64,000 nucleotides of DNA from Vicugna vicugna (Eukaryota). Below are positions 49,330 through 62,555 of this stretch, one piece after another (the first letter of the stretch is position 1; each line of letters opens with the position of its first letter). The DNA lies in the NCBI GenBank assembly GCA_013265495.1, contig MU058844.1, forward strand, positions 13,538,184-13,602,183, read 5' to 3'. The notes beneath the pieces are model-generated. The model was not told the origin of the DNA. It saw only the letters and a program-made list of their open reading frames with translations, and made no database searches. The position numbers and the translations under genes are program-made.

Positions 49330-51340
49330 CTAAGTCTCCCCTATCAGCTCTTTTTCAACCTGTGTCTTGCTCTTACTAACCCTCTCTTACCCTCTTATGC
49401 CCATTTACCAAACCCTAGCCATGCTAACTAATCAGTCTGACTGTTGATTATGCCAACATCCAGACAGTGCAAAAGAACTTGAACTTGTCTTTGTTCCTGC
49501 CCACATGAACACCTTGAAGGGAGGACTAGGTACGGGACATGGGTGAGCAGTGGGTTGTGGTATCCACAACAAGAAAACCATCACAGCCTCGTCTTTCAGT
49601 GAGTCATTTGGGCCCCAGAAAATCTCTGTAGAGGCCCAAAGATTGTCCCTTACCCAGATAAAGACAATAGGTTAAAATTTTCCCTTTGTATTGGAAACAA
49701 ACATGACACAGGACCTTTCCTGAGTGACATCCCAGGCAATCAATTTCTGCGGTTTGATTCTACAGGTGGTGTCTTTGGACCTCTCAAGGAAATTGTAAAT
49801 AACTCCAGCACCATCCTTTTGGGCACAGATGTCTGCTAAATCACCAAACATTCCGTTTGGTTCAGAAGTCACTCTTGTACAACTTAAGGATATTGCAGAT
49901 GTCCCGTGATTAAGCCGCCCCAAACCACAAACTATGCATGGGCGGATCAGAATTCTGGACTTACTTGGTTAGCTGCCAAAACCAGACTACAGGCTTCCTA
50001 TACCTGCTATTTCATAATCTGTTTTGCTCACACAGATTGACAGAGGCCATGGATTACTCCAGACCCTGGGAATTACAGGTTCCATTGTAACCTTGTCTGT
50101 AAACCACTCTGGTCTTTTTATTTTATGTGGCAAAAAAATGTGTAAAGAATTCTCTGCTAAATGATCAGACTGATGTGGATTTGGACGCCTGGCTCTGAAG
50201 GAAAAACCGGGCTGGTCTAACAAGATAACTCAAAAGTCTAGGAATGTGAAGGAGAGGCTGGGTGGGTCTAAGAAGATAACTCACAAATCTAAGTATTGGA
50301 ATACTGATCTGAGTTCTGCTGGACTAACTTGTAAATCTAGGTTAATTAGTGTTGGTTTGCTGTTCATGTTTTTTTGCCAGCCAGCTGGGTTTTCAAAGAT
50401 ACATATCTGGCTTTGGAATGTTGGTTTGCTGCCTCCCCGCCTCCACCTTTGTGATGATAATGCTGCTAAAGCTGTTCCATGCCTATTGGCCGAATACCCC
50501 AAGTTGTACTTTACCCTATAAAACCTCATGCGCACGTCTTGGAGGTGCTCAGAGCTTCGGAGCAGAAGCCCCTCTGAGCCCGCCGGCGTAATACATCTGA
50601 GTGCTCCAACCCTCCGAGTGGTGCTTGTTTCTTGGCTGGCCTGTCGTTTCTATAACAGCTCCAGTAGTCACCAAATACACCACCTGAAATACCAGCCAGA
50701 TTCAAACCTAGGCTTCTTTGTTCATAAACTTGTGCCCCATAAACATGCTAGCTGAGAAATCATAGAGGATCCAAGTCCTTTTCAGCACCAGAGGTCTAAT
50801 TCCCAAGCTTTAAAGACTATGAATTGGAAAAAGCAATCTTAAGTCTCTCTGCAGTAGTAGAAGAGTTCACTACTGTTGCACAAATCTTGAAAATATTCCA
50901 GTCAGAAGTTAATAACTTAGCCTCTGTGCTGCTCCAAAATCATCGTGCCCTACCAACACCGACTGCCCAGGGAGGAGGAGCTTGTGCATCCCCTGGGCAG
51001 AAATGCTGCCTTTATGTGACTCAAACAGGGCAAGTAACAGCCAACCTAAATCTGTTAGAATAGAACATTAGCATGTTCCATCAGATAAAGTTCACACCTT
51101 TCATTGGACTGACTTAGTCCCAGGGTTGGGGAACTGGTTTAACAGGTTGTGGGCAAATGTTCTCCAGTGTGTGGTTTTCTTTTTTATTTTGTTTTGTTTT
51201 GTTTTCATTCTAATCTATGTTCCTTTCTCCCTCTGCAGATCTCTTACCAATTTATAACTTACTTGTTTCTCCACAGTCACCAACTCAGCTTTTAATATAT
51301 GAAACTATTAAGGAAGTCTCAGAGAGGAAACTGATAGGGT
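49330..51340 (+). pseudogene. Disrupted retroviral env, MER34/HEMO-like, split by a solo LTR
   Basis: LTNQSDC*LCQH (CWLC motif with W-to-stop); SCQNQTTGFLYLLFHNLFCS; TLSVNHSGLFILCG; LEKAILSLS; ISD-like LLQNHRAL; CX6CC (CASPGQKCC); VSPQSPTQLL tail. Confidence 0.88.
50196..50657 (+). mobile_element. Solo LTR (462 bp) inserted into env
   Basis: TG...CA ends; 4-bp TSD GCTC (50192-50195 and 50658-50661); TATAAAA at 50517; AATACA near 50590. Confidence 0.88.
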
Positions 51341-52957
51341 TCAGGGCAGACTGCTCCAAGATGCAGATTATTTCAGCTGAAAATAAGGAAGGCCCAAAAA
51401 ACTCAGGAAGAATATTTGACTCTCCCCCTAACTGCCCAAAGGAATTTACGACAGAAGGCCTGTTCCAGGAAGGAGCTATCGCCATAGATAACTGTAGGTG
51501 AGGCTCTTAACTCGTTCTGGGAAGGGCAGCGGTGGGTGGCCTCCCACAAAGAGCAGTGGGTTCTTCACTGAGCTGGACAGGTGCTGATCAAATGAAAAAG
51601 GGATGGACAGATGAAGGAAACTGGGGGGCATAGGAACTAGATTTCCAGTTATGAAGTTGGAAACATGATGTCATGGCAAGAATAGAGAATGAGCCACTTT
51701 CTACTGTCTCTCTCCATAGAGAGGGTCTTCAAGGATGGCTTTTGGCTGGTAGGAAGCATGATATCTGGTCTCACGGAAGTCAGAATCCAAACTGTGCTTT
51801 TATGCCGGTCAGGAAGAGAGTTAAGAGTCAGACCTAGGAGGATTTCTGGATTCTGCCAGTGATTTTGATTCTATCACAAAGGTGATAGGAAGTTATAAGA
51901 GAGATTTTTTAACTACAGGTGGGGTGTGATCTGATTTTAGAAAACACTAGTGGGGGAGGTATTACTATCTAATGGAAACTTAAAAAGTAAAGAAACATTA
52001 CTGAACTATAAGGTAGAATTATGCCACACACAAGCATAAAAAATAACCTCACAAAGTATCACACATCATTTCAGTTGTGTCCAGACTGTCTAATTTATGA
52101 CCAGCATGCCTTTCCATTGTACTGACCTAGGCTAAGCATCTCCTTGTGTGGGGCTCAGAGGCAACCTTTTGATCAAGATGGTGACAATCACAGTGAGACC
52201 TTCCACCAGCTTGAGGTGGGAACCAGGCCTGAAGCCTTCTTTCCATCTTATTCTGAGTCTCTGTGAGCTAGATTGTCTGGGTTTTGAACACAAGAACGAG
52301 AAAGATGAGAACCTGTGAGAAGGAAATGCAGGGACGTTCTGCGGTTGCCTCAACAATCCCCACTGTACACGTACCGCTCCCAAGGATTAGCAATGGTATG
52401 TTGGTTTAGCACACTCTGAACTCCTGCTCTGTGTATTCAGTTTAGCAATACCAGATAAAAACAGTCACTGTCCCCAAGAAATAAACTAAATCATTCTTTC
52501 TTTAAATTTCCAAAAACAATAGGCAAAATGGAAAGTCTGCCATTACTGAGACCATGTTTACATTACTATGCAGAGCAGTTTAGCTCCTCAGAGCTACAAT
52601 CCTCAAACTTCTTAATTCAAACTACTTTTCCACAACAAAAAGCCCAGAGAGGTGGTTTGCTCAGAACAACAGGAAGTTTTACCTGTAAGCAAATGCAAGC
52701 CTCTACTTCTTTTCAGAAGGTTCACAACTGCTGAGTCCTTCCTCTTCTTAGGTCTTCGCTGTGATCTCCTTGAAAAGTATGTGTGTGTTAAAGATTTGTT
52801 TTCAGTGTTTAGCTCTGAATAGTGGCATATATATATATATATATCTTTTAAAAATTCTATATTATTTACATTTTTATAATGAGCATATATTATCTTTTAT
52901 AGTAAGAAAATAAGCTGAAATTACTTCTATTTTGGAGGACAATAGGATCTTTATAAT

Positions 52958-53502
52958 TGTCAAAAAAGAAAGGACAGACCCAAAGTGGAGTCTTTTATGC
53001 TAAGCTCACCAAGACAATACCTATCTTAATTGCAGTTAACAACTGAGACAGGAGGGAAGGGGGCAGGGCGCAACCACTGAAGGAGTGACACAGCAGCTGA
53101 GGACTGGACACACTGGTTAGAACCAAGATGGCAAAAGATATGACTTCCAGTAGACCTTGAGCCTCTCAGCACACTCACAGGAGCCAGGACAGCTCCTAGG
53201 CTGACCATAAGAGGTCAAAAAGTAGGTGGGGACCGATTCCAGGAAATCCCTGCCCCAAGTACCTGGAATAATCCTCCTACCCATTAGCATATGAAATTAC
53301 TGAGCCCATAAAACCTAACAACTCGGCACATTGTGGTCTCTCTCTCCCTCCCGCCTTCCCTTACCACCCCCTCCACCTGCCTTCTGAGATGGCCCACACT
53401 CTGTCTATGGAGTGTGTATCTCTCTAAATAAACTTGCTTTCACTTTACCATGCCTTGCTCTTGCATTCTTTCCCACGCGAGGCAAGAACCTATTCTTCGA
53501 CA
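52958..53502 (+). mobile_element. ERV1-type LTR
   Basis: Starts TGT; CATAAAA TATA-like box; AATAAACTTGCTTTCACTTTAC and GAGGCAAGAACC are typical of ERV1 LTR R/U5. No TSD found, so the 3' end is approximate. Confidence 0.7.
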
Positions 53503-54407
53503 GCACAACCTCCCCCAGAGATGTAGTCTCAACTGCTCAGTCTGGAATTCCCTGTCAGCGCCAGTGGGGACGTTGGTCACAGAGCCCCCTTTCCATCACT
53601 TCCATTTTGTACAGCTCCTCAGAGCTTCTCTCTACTTGCTAGTGGGATGCTGCCTGACTCAGGAATCCTTTGATAAAGCCAATTAGATTTTCAAATTTAC
53701 TCAGTTGAATTTTTGTTATTTAACAGATTTGGTGTCAGTGACAGTGGGATTCAAAGTGATCTTCTGATGGCATTTGGGGACAAAGAGAAGCCCAGGTGTG
53801 GTACCCCACAAAACCTTTCAGTTCACTGTCTTTCCTGTCATTTCCAAAGGCCATTGGTAATTTCCTCTCAGTTCTAAGCTCCCCTCTCTTTGCATGGAGT
53901 TCCCAATCTGATTAGTGTTCCACAATCCCCTATGTGTTTGGAAACACTGACCTTGGTTTTGTCCCTAGATCCCTACATTCCAATGGTGGTTACTGCCTGG
54001 AATCGATCTGGGTCCAACTTAAAAACCAGATTGAATTTAGGGTTGAACTGGGTCTGACTTGGGCTGGACTAGGCCCAGTAAAGGCTAATTGATAATGAGG
54101 GAAACTTGGAAGTAAAAAAAAAGCTGCAGACATTGTTGGGCATGCATTGAGCATTTAAAGCTCTACAGCATGCACCATCTCACCCAAAGACTTCTGTTAG
54201 GAGAAGTCAGCCACAGAATAGGTTAGACTGACACTAGGTCATCCACCAACCTCAAGAAAATTTCTGTGCAACAAGGGACACTGAAACATCACACAATCAC
54301 CAACCCAGCAACACCACTGTTTAGGTATTAGTTTGGCTCTGAGAGACCCAAAAGCTTAGCTAAAAAAGAATAAATACATAAATACACAAACAAATTAAAA
54401 TTTTAGT

Positions 54408-54500
54408 GTTTGTTTTTTTTTAATGAAAGTACTGGGGATTGAACCCAGGACCTCGTTCATGCTGAGCATGTGCTCTACCATTTGAGCTGTACCCTCCCCC
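54408..54500 (-). mobile_element. Vic-1-like SINE inserted in ERV internal region
   Basis: GTACTGGGGATTGAACCCAGGACCTCG...GAGCTGTACCCTCCCCC; flanking AAAATTTTA repeat. Confidence 0.85.
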
Positions 54501-56540
54501 AAAATTTTAAACTCCTTAAAATCCAAAGACTTAAGTGTAACCTATCAACATATTCAAAAAATAAATAAATAAAGAGGGAGGAAAATTTTTACTAAAGACA
54601 ACATAGAATTTTGTGTCCTGAGAACTTGGCTTGGTAACCATCAGGTTGGAGGTCCCAAAATGTGGCTGGACAGAGATGTGGGTTGCACCCCATTTGTGGT
54701 CAGATAGGGCTGGACAGAAATGTAGCTTGATCTCCATTGTCAGCCAGGGTGCAACCAAACTGCTGCCAACTCTCAGGGGAATTACAACCTAAATTACAAT
54801 GGCTATTGTGCAGACTGTTCAAATTAAATGAGATCATTTAAAAAATGCGCTTGAAAGTGAGGGTTCCCAAATTAAGCAAACAAAATGGGATACCTATTCT
54901 AATTAGTAAACAGAAGACTCCAGAAGGCTTTAAAATTCCAAAATAGCGCCATTAAAAACCATGATGGTAGAAGCCTAATGAAAATGTAAAGACATGAAAT
55001 CTAAACAAAAGTTCACCAAACTATTAGCTTTACAGTCACGACAGCTCCAAGGCCAGGCACCTGAAATAATACCTGGGCCCCTCCTACTGCCCTTTCCTAA
55101 GGGTCCATCATTAAAACACACCATAGGAAGCTATGCTAGTTTCTTAAATAACCAAGGCTAAAATTAAAATTAGTTTAAAAAACAGTCTGCAGAGAGGATC
55201 CTGGAAAAAGTGGTGGAAGCCAGTGAAGGGTGAGAATTCTTACCATAGTCAGTTCTCCCAAATCTCTGTCTGTAGTGCCCAGTTGAGACGGAAAAATGAA
55301 ATCACACGCTGTCCCTTTCTTTCCAAATCCAGACCAATTGATATTGATTGAGCCTTCCTCTCCCAGGGACAACTATTGCCTTCTTGCTTGTATTGCTTTG
55401 TGTCCTCAAAGAGTTTGACTCTCTACATGGCAGGGACATGCAGGCTATTGGTTCTTTCTTTGGCAGTCTTTGGGAGTGACTCTGGATCTTAGGAATGCAG
55501 TAACCTTTGCACCCTCTCTGAGGAGATATTTAATACTGCCAGAAATATTTACTCTTTGTTTTAGCTGAAACCTGGCAAGAAGGATTTAATAACTTTATGA
55601 TCAGAAATTTGGCTGAATTAGAAACTGATATTCAGAGCCTGACAGGAATTTTTTAAGCCTCCTCCCCTGAGCTGAAATGAAACTGTCCCTAGAAAGAAAG
55701 AAAAGCTTTCTAAAACCCTTGTAAAAGGATTTATGGGTGGCCCCTCCTCTGATGTCATTTAAATTACAATCCAATTCTGTAAGGCATTGGGAGTAACTGT
55801 CCTTATCCTAAAATTCTTTGTAAAACTAGAAATGCAGTTATAGAGGCAGTTCAAAGTCTACGCATTCCTTTCACCAGTCCCCAAACCCCGCCTGTTTATT
55901 TCAAAGAGCTTGTAAACCAGTCCTTTTTGGAGGAACTTAAATTCCTTCTCTGTTTTTCAAGATAAAAATATTCTGTAAACTTAAAGAAAGTAAGTCTTAT
56001 CAGAAAGAGAACAAAAAGGTGAAAGGTAATTTGAAACTTAGGCAGATGAAAAGAATCTCTTAAGTGCTTCTCCACAGATATTAGTGAAAGGCTTTAGCCA
56101 TTGAGCAGGTAACCTTAGCTTGTTCCATCGACCAGAAAAACAAATCAGATTCATCTCCTTTTATAATCAGCCAGCTTTACATTTTTGTACCTGTGTCATG
56201 GCTGAAATTTTAAAACGAGACAATAAGGTCATTGCATCTGTCTGTAAGTTCATGTGTGTTTATATCTACATAGTAGATGTGTGATATGTATCTACCTCTG
56301 GGCAGTATTGCTAAGATAAATTTATAAAATAGCTCTATTTAATTGGCTTAAAACAAACAAGCACTTATATGAATTAAAATATAACAGAAACTAACACAAA
56401 TGTTTTTCAAGTTTATGTGATCTAGGATTACATTGTGTTTTTACAGCTATATGTTGTAAGTGTTTCAGAAATTATCTGAAATTCCTGAAAATCTGAAATG
56501 TCCTGGTGTAGTATTATCTGTCACAATTCCAGTTATTACC

Positions 56541-57060
56541 TGTTGGGCTGTATGCATCCTGCAGGCCTGCAAGCCCCGTACTTGCCCAGCTTCGAGACAG
56601 AAGAAAGAGCCCGGAGTCAGTGACAGAGACATCACTGGTTTCACAGGCAGGCGAATCTTACATGGCTGAAGGAAGGTCCTGGAGCGACACCCCACTGTTA
56701 CGTGGCAGACAGAGACGAGCCTTGGTAGCAGTCTTTATCACTGAGCTGAGTGGAGAGGGAGGTTACCACTTATATAGGAAATTGACATCAGGTTGGCTCA
56801 CTGGTTACCAGGGAAACCAGCAGAGGCGTACCTCCCTTAATGAGATAATAAGCTATTCTAGTGGAGATGTTCTGATCGAAAGATTAGAACAGTTACCAGC
56901 TGGGGCTGGGGCAAGTATGTAGGCATTTACTAATTAGGCTCTGTGATGAAGAGGGAAGGTCAGTCATGGGAGTCAGGATGTAGGTGAAGCAGGGACTGGT
57001 CAAGCCGGGGATGTACAGAGAGAAAGAACAGCCATCATCGTGGGTGGCCAAATCATATAC
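56541..57060 (-). mobile_element. LTR nested in the ERV internal region
   Basis: GC-richer block of about 520 bp in AT-rich context; ends AACA on -; TATATAA box on -; homologous fragment at 59447-59570. Confidence 0.7.
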
Positions 57061-58134
57061 TATCACAAAAATATTATCTGTCACAGAAATAACCAAATTT
57101 CCTCAAAAACTCCATTCGATGCATTCTCATCAGCTCTTTAGTAATGGGCATTTTTAAAAAGCCTTGTCATTTACAGAGAGTTTCTGTTTTGCTCAGATGC
57201 TTTTGCAAAAGGATTTCTGCAAAAATATTTTATCTTCAGAGATATTCATGGAAAAGACTTTTGACAAGTGCAGGTTTTTGATAACTTCAAGATCATCAAG
57301 CTGAACTGGTTAAAAAATTCCCAAAACTAATGGAAAAACTAGATGCAAGCAGAACAAATATTAATTACATGGGACTGAATAAACTGATGAGGATGATTAT
57401 ACATTTTATGACTTTTTATTTTCAATATTGCCAGTTCTTTTATGTTCCACTTTTACGGATTTAAGGAAACTTCTTCTCTCAAGCTAAACAATCCTTTTCT
57501 GATACCAATTATCCTAAGATAATTGTGATGGCTACATATAAAAAATCATTGTAAATTCAAACAGGATAAATGTACTTTCTAACTCAATCAACATGCAGAA
57601 GTGAATAAATATTAATAGATGGATGCTTGTGTTTACTAAGTGTTTACATAATATTGAATAATGCTGCTAGACTTAGTCATTCATGAGTTAAACTTGTTAG
57701 GCATCTAAATATAACCTGAGCATTTATAGGTAGGAATACAAGATATAAATTGTCAAAGAGATAAAGCAGCCCATAAAATCTTAGTGCACTGAGACTTATC
57801 CAATGTTTACACTATTTAACTAGCCACACATTTTAGCTTAGGTAATGTCTCACTTCTGAGAAGGAAATTATTTTGAACTTGCTCAACCCTAAGGAAATAG
57901 CGGTTTCAGTAGCAATTTGGCAGTTTCCTTTGAATTCTTTTTTTCTGTCTTCTTTCTGCAGTTTCATAGCTAAAGCATCTTCTAAAGTATGTTTTCTTAG
58001 CTACGGTTCCAGGGCAAATATATTATGCTTTTATTACAGGCCTTACAGTATTATTAAACTACACATAGGTATATCTTTAATATAAATAAAATTTAAGAAA
58101 CGAAAATGTTTTTAAAAGCTTTCATTCATTAGCA

Positions 58135-58270
58135 TTGTTGTGAGTAGAATACTGTCCTTTGTCTTTGACCCAGAGGTCTTGTATTTTTGTTTAGAATCCT
58201 TGCAATTGTGGTTGACTAACTTGCTGACTTGCAAGCAAGATTCAGTCTCAGATCTTTCACAATTTTTGAC
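58135..58270 (+). mobile_element. ERV1 LTR 3'-end fragment
   Basis: GTCTTTGACCCAG...AACTTGCTGACTTGCAAG...TCTCAGATCTTTCACAATTTTTGAC resembles ERV1 U5 ends as I recall them. Confidence 0.5.
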
Positions 58271-59446
58271 GTGAAGTCATTTCAAATTTTTTTTGTTATT
58301 CTCATGTTGGTTCTCAAAGTGGTTCTTCAAGAATTTACCCATTCTGTCTAAATTGTTCAATCTCTTGACAAAAAGTTACTCACTGTATTTACTTATCATT
58401 CTTTTAATTTCTCTAAGACTTCTCTAGCAGCATCCTTTGTTTTATTCTTGATACTGCAATTTTTGTTTTCTTTCTCTCTCTCTTTGTTTTTTCTCAGTCA
58501 ACTTTGCTCATTGTAGGTAAGCTCAGCCAGGATTTCATGGGGCTGTTTGTTGCAAGGAGGATTAAAAGCTTTGGCCAAAGTCAGTAAGAAAGGCTGAACC
58601 AGGAAGAGAGAAAGAGCTAGTCAGATAAGAAGCCAAACAGGAAACTTTTCCGTGGGGGGGGCGGTATCTGTGGTCATCTGATACCTAGAATCAAAGCTGG
58701 CAAAGACAACGGCACACATGAACAAGTCAGTTGGTACTAAGAATCTGTCTGTGAGGACGACATCTGTCACTGATGAGACTATAACTTAACAACTTCAGAA
58801 GGTCACACTTTGATTTAAAACAGAAAGAACAAGAAAAATAGAATGAAAATATCTACTATCTGTTATTTAAAATAAGATGCCAGCTACTTGGGTAGAGCTG
58901 CTAAGATATGCTGATACTAAATCACTAATCAACATGATTGATGCTCATAAGTTTACCCACGCAGTTAGGCCGGGGAATGCAGTCCATTAACACTGCTGTT
59001 TCGTCTTGAGTTTCACTGTCTTGAGGTTGTTCTTGAAGGAAGGGAAGGTTTAGTTGCACAAAACCTCACCTGTAGTGGCTTAACTACAATGGGCTATATT
59101 TTTTCTAAAATAATAAGAAATTCAGAGGTGAGGAGTCCAGGGCAGGTGCAGCACCAACAATGATGTCACTGTTTCCAGCTCTTCCTTTCTTTCTGCTTCA
59201 TCATCCTTAGCGTGTGGCTTTTCCACTCATGCTTCTTATCTCACGGTCACAAGACAGCTGCCCCATCTAAACTTCACATCTACACTCCAGGTATGAAGAA
59301 GAAGAAGGTAGGAAGGGATGGTGCCGGTATCAGAACGGGGAGACAAAGGAGATAGCTAGTTTCTGATTTGTGCAGGAGGAGGAAAAAGAAAGGCTACCTC
59401 AGGAGAAGTTATTCAGAGAGAGATCAGCATCCCCAGCCAAGGCACC

Positions 59447-59600
59447 TTTGGGCTGCACCCTGCGGGCCTGCAAGCCTTGTACTTGCCCAGCCTCAAGACT
59501 AAAGGGCCCAAAGTCAGTGACAGGGACGCCAGTGGTTTATTTGGATAGGGGATCTTACACGTCCTTGGAGGCAAAGATCGGAGTTGGGCTGTTAGAATGC
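59447..59600 (-). mobile_element. Partial copy of the same LTR family as 56541-57060
   Basis: Shares GGCCTGCAAGCC..GTACTTGCCCAGC...AGTCAGTGACAG.GAC..CA.TGGTTT with 56564-56641. Confidence 0.7.
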
Positions 59601-59761
59601 CTTGGGCTGTTGGAAGCGGGAAGAGGCAAGGAAGCTTCACCTCGTCTAGGCTTCAAAGGGAAGATGGTCCAACCTATATCTTGATTTTGGACTTCTGGCC
59701 TCCAGAAGTATAAAAGAATAAATTTTTCTTGTTTTAAGCCACCAAGTTTGTGGTACTTTTT

Positions 59762-59910
59762 AAAAAATTATTTACTATTGTATTATTTATTTTACTTTGG
59801 TGGGGGGCCTTAATTAGGTTTATTTATTTTCAGAGGAGGTACTGGGGATTAAATCCAGGACCTCATGCACACGAAGTATGTACTCTTCCACTGAGCTATA
59901 CTCCCACCCC
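59762..59910 (-). mobile_element. Vic-1-like SINE
   Basis: GGAGGTACTGGGGATTAAATCCAGGACCTC...CTGAGCTATACTCCCACCCC; TSD TGTGGTACTTT on both sides. Confidence 0.85.
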
Positions 59911-61530
59911 TGTGGTACTTTGTTAACGTAGCCCTAATCCAGCATCTGTCTCAGATTTGGAGGATCTTAATTCCTGAGTGTCAGAGCTCGAGAGGGCAAC
60001 GATAAAATAGAACCTACTGAGAGGAAGGTTTCCTTGGGTGTCATCCTGGGAGGGCAGCAACATAAGTGTTATTAAATCTCTATAAACAAATCAGAAGTAG
60101 AAATAGTAAAGAAGGAATTAAACCCAATGTACTAAGATTTTAGAACAGGACAAAGTTTTAAAATTATTATATTTACAAAAATACTATTTTTTCTTGCTTT
60201 TAAGTTACATAAATAGTTCAACAGAATACCTCATACTAAAGCTGCAATTATAATCTATTTTTTAAGGGGAGGCAATTTGTTTACTACATGTTTAATAAAA
60301 TTCATGTTCATAATTTTGTTTATTTGAATATAAATAATAAATTTAGCATTACAATAGGTAAATAGTAACTTTTATGCAAAAGTCCTTTGATAGTAAATAA
60401 CCTCTTAACTGAGATCATTAATTTTATTTAAGTCTTAATAATTATCCTAATAATTATGTGTAAATGACAAAACTGTTAAGCTGGAGTCAAAAACATAAAT
60501 ATGCTTATGTTACTGTTGTAATATAAGAATGTATTATGATGGCAGGAGGAGAGGAAAAAGCAAGGAATATGAGGGAGAAGCTCTCAAGGAAGAAATAGAA
60601 AAAATCGTGGAAGAAAAAGCTAAGAGGCAGAGCAAAAACTAGTGTCCTACAGAGGAAAGCAAGTAAGAAATGAGTGACAGTACTTAAATAAGTAGAATAA
60701 ATATGGAGCTAATATCCTGAATTGGAAAACCACAATGAGAAGTGTCCATGTTCACTTATTTAAAATATAAATCTCAATGATTAAAAATCCCAATTAAAGA
60801 TACTAATGGGATTTGTCTGTAACTTGACAAAATAATCCCAATAAGAATAGAAAAAAAAATTGAAGAAAGAAAAATAAGGAGAGATTTCTTTAAGAGAGAT
60901 GAGAAAATATACTAGATTACTATAACAATAATAGTAAGAATCTTACCGGTGTAAAAGTGATGAAACTGGCCTCGGGCTCTTCTTATGCATTCTAGTCCTC
61001 TTATTCCACTCTAGCAGGAACATTAAATTTGATTAATCATAGTCCATTGAACTGGCTTGGCCATGTTATTTGGAATGGAGCAGTCAAAGGGAAAACGAAA
61101 AGTCCCAATAAACATGGGTGTGATTTCTTCTCTATTTTTGCTCCATACTTAGGGACATCTCCTTCTGGAGTTGTAACATTTCTATCTTTACTCATATAGG
61201 ATAGGCCTGGGATATACATCTGCTAAATTCTTTGGCTTCTGTTTCCTCTGGTAATTGGCAGGTAGGTATTGCTTTCAGTTCTATTCAATGGTGAATCCTG
61301 AGATCCAGGGATAGGTACTGGGGTGGGAGAGTGCACAGGTCATAGTTGGACAGAGCTTAATCAAGCTCCCTGTGGTTCTTTAGTGGGGACAAAGTCCTTG
61401 CTAAAAGTAAAGTATTACTTTGCCTTCCTTAAGTCTCATGTAGCGAGGGAGTATGTGTCTGGGAGAGGGAGAGGAGCGAGGCGGATGTGATATTCCTAGG
61501 TCAAGAGACCTAGGTTAACAGCATCTCAGC

Positions 61531-62045
61531 TGTATTAGGGTTCTCCAGAGAAACAGAACCAATAGGAGATATAGAGGTACACAGAAAGGAGTCTATTATG
61601 AGGGAGAGGCTGACATGATTACAGAGGTTGAGGAGTCTTATGATTTGCCATCTGCAAGCTGCAGGCCCAGGACAGCTGGTGCTGCAGTCTTAGTTCAAGC
61701 CCGAAGGCCTGAGAACCAGGGCAGCCAATGGTGTAAGTCCCCATCTGAGTCTGAAGGCCTGAGAACCAGGAGCGCTGATGTCTGAGGGTGGAGGAAGATG
61801 GATGCCCCAGCTTAAGCAGAAAGAGTGAATTTGCCCTTCGTCCACCTTTTCGTTCTATTAGCGCCCTCAGCAAATTGGATGATGCTCACCCACGTTGGTG
61901 AGGGGGTCTTCTTTACTGGCTCTGCTGATTCAAATGCTGATATCTTCTGGACGTACCCTCACGGACACACCCAGAAAGAATGTTTTACCTGCTCTCTGGG
62001 CATCTCCTAGCCCAGTCAGGTTGACGCATAAAATTAACCATCACC
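61531..62045. mobile_element. MLT2 (ERVL) LTR
   Basis: TGTATTAGGGTTCTCCAGAGAAACAGAACCAATAGG ... AAAATTAACCATCAC termini; internal duplicated GAAGGCCTGAGAACCAGG. Confidence 0.85.
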
Positions 62046-62555
62046 TCGGCATAATCCATTTCTTACCACTAACTTAACTAGACAGATCAATGGAATAAAA
62101 TTAAAAATTTTAAACTAAATGCAAATGTTTATAAGATTTAATATATGGCAGCATTTACCACACTATACTCTCTTGAAAGCAGACCAGATATGTGAGAAAG
62201 TGCTAGATGGTAAGAAGGGTGGAAAACTACTCTTCATATTTTCCACATGCCCTAGAGATCCCGAATTCAAATACAGCCTATCAAAGGCTCTGAGAATTCT
62301 TGTAGTATATAGTAAAGAGATCGATTTAACTTTAATTCAACATTTTTCAGTGCAAATCAAAATTGTATTTGGCCAAAATTGCAATGGGATCTTTTTTTGT
62401 CCTAGTATATGCTCAAACATACCTGGGGATTAACTAATGATTCAAAAAGTGATTTCAAGACAACTGGCTATCAGTTTGGGAAAAACTGTAGGGGCACCTT
62501 GCTGCAATTAATTGTGGGAACTCTGGTGTTTCTGGTTTCTGTGTACAGAACATTT

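Larger units (their letters stand above)
53503..57480 (+). mobile_element. ERV1 (MER4/MER34-group-like) LTR 3' part, tRNA-Leu-like PBS and non-coding internal region
   Basis: LTR ends GATAAAGCCAATTAG...TTTAACA at 53725; TGGTGTCAG..GTGGGATTC PBS-like sequence at 53730; AT-rich internal sequence resembling MER4-group internals as I recall them. Confidence 0.7.

Noticed and set aside
50824..51063. Open env TM fragment as a possible syncytin-like gene
   Set aside because: Only 79 codons with a non-ATG start. It stops before the membrane anchor, and SU has stops and an LTR insertion.
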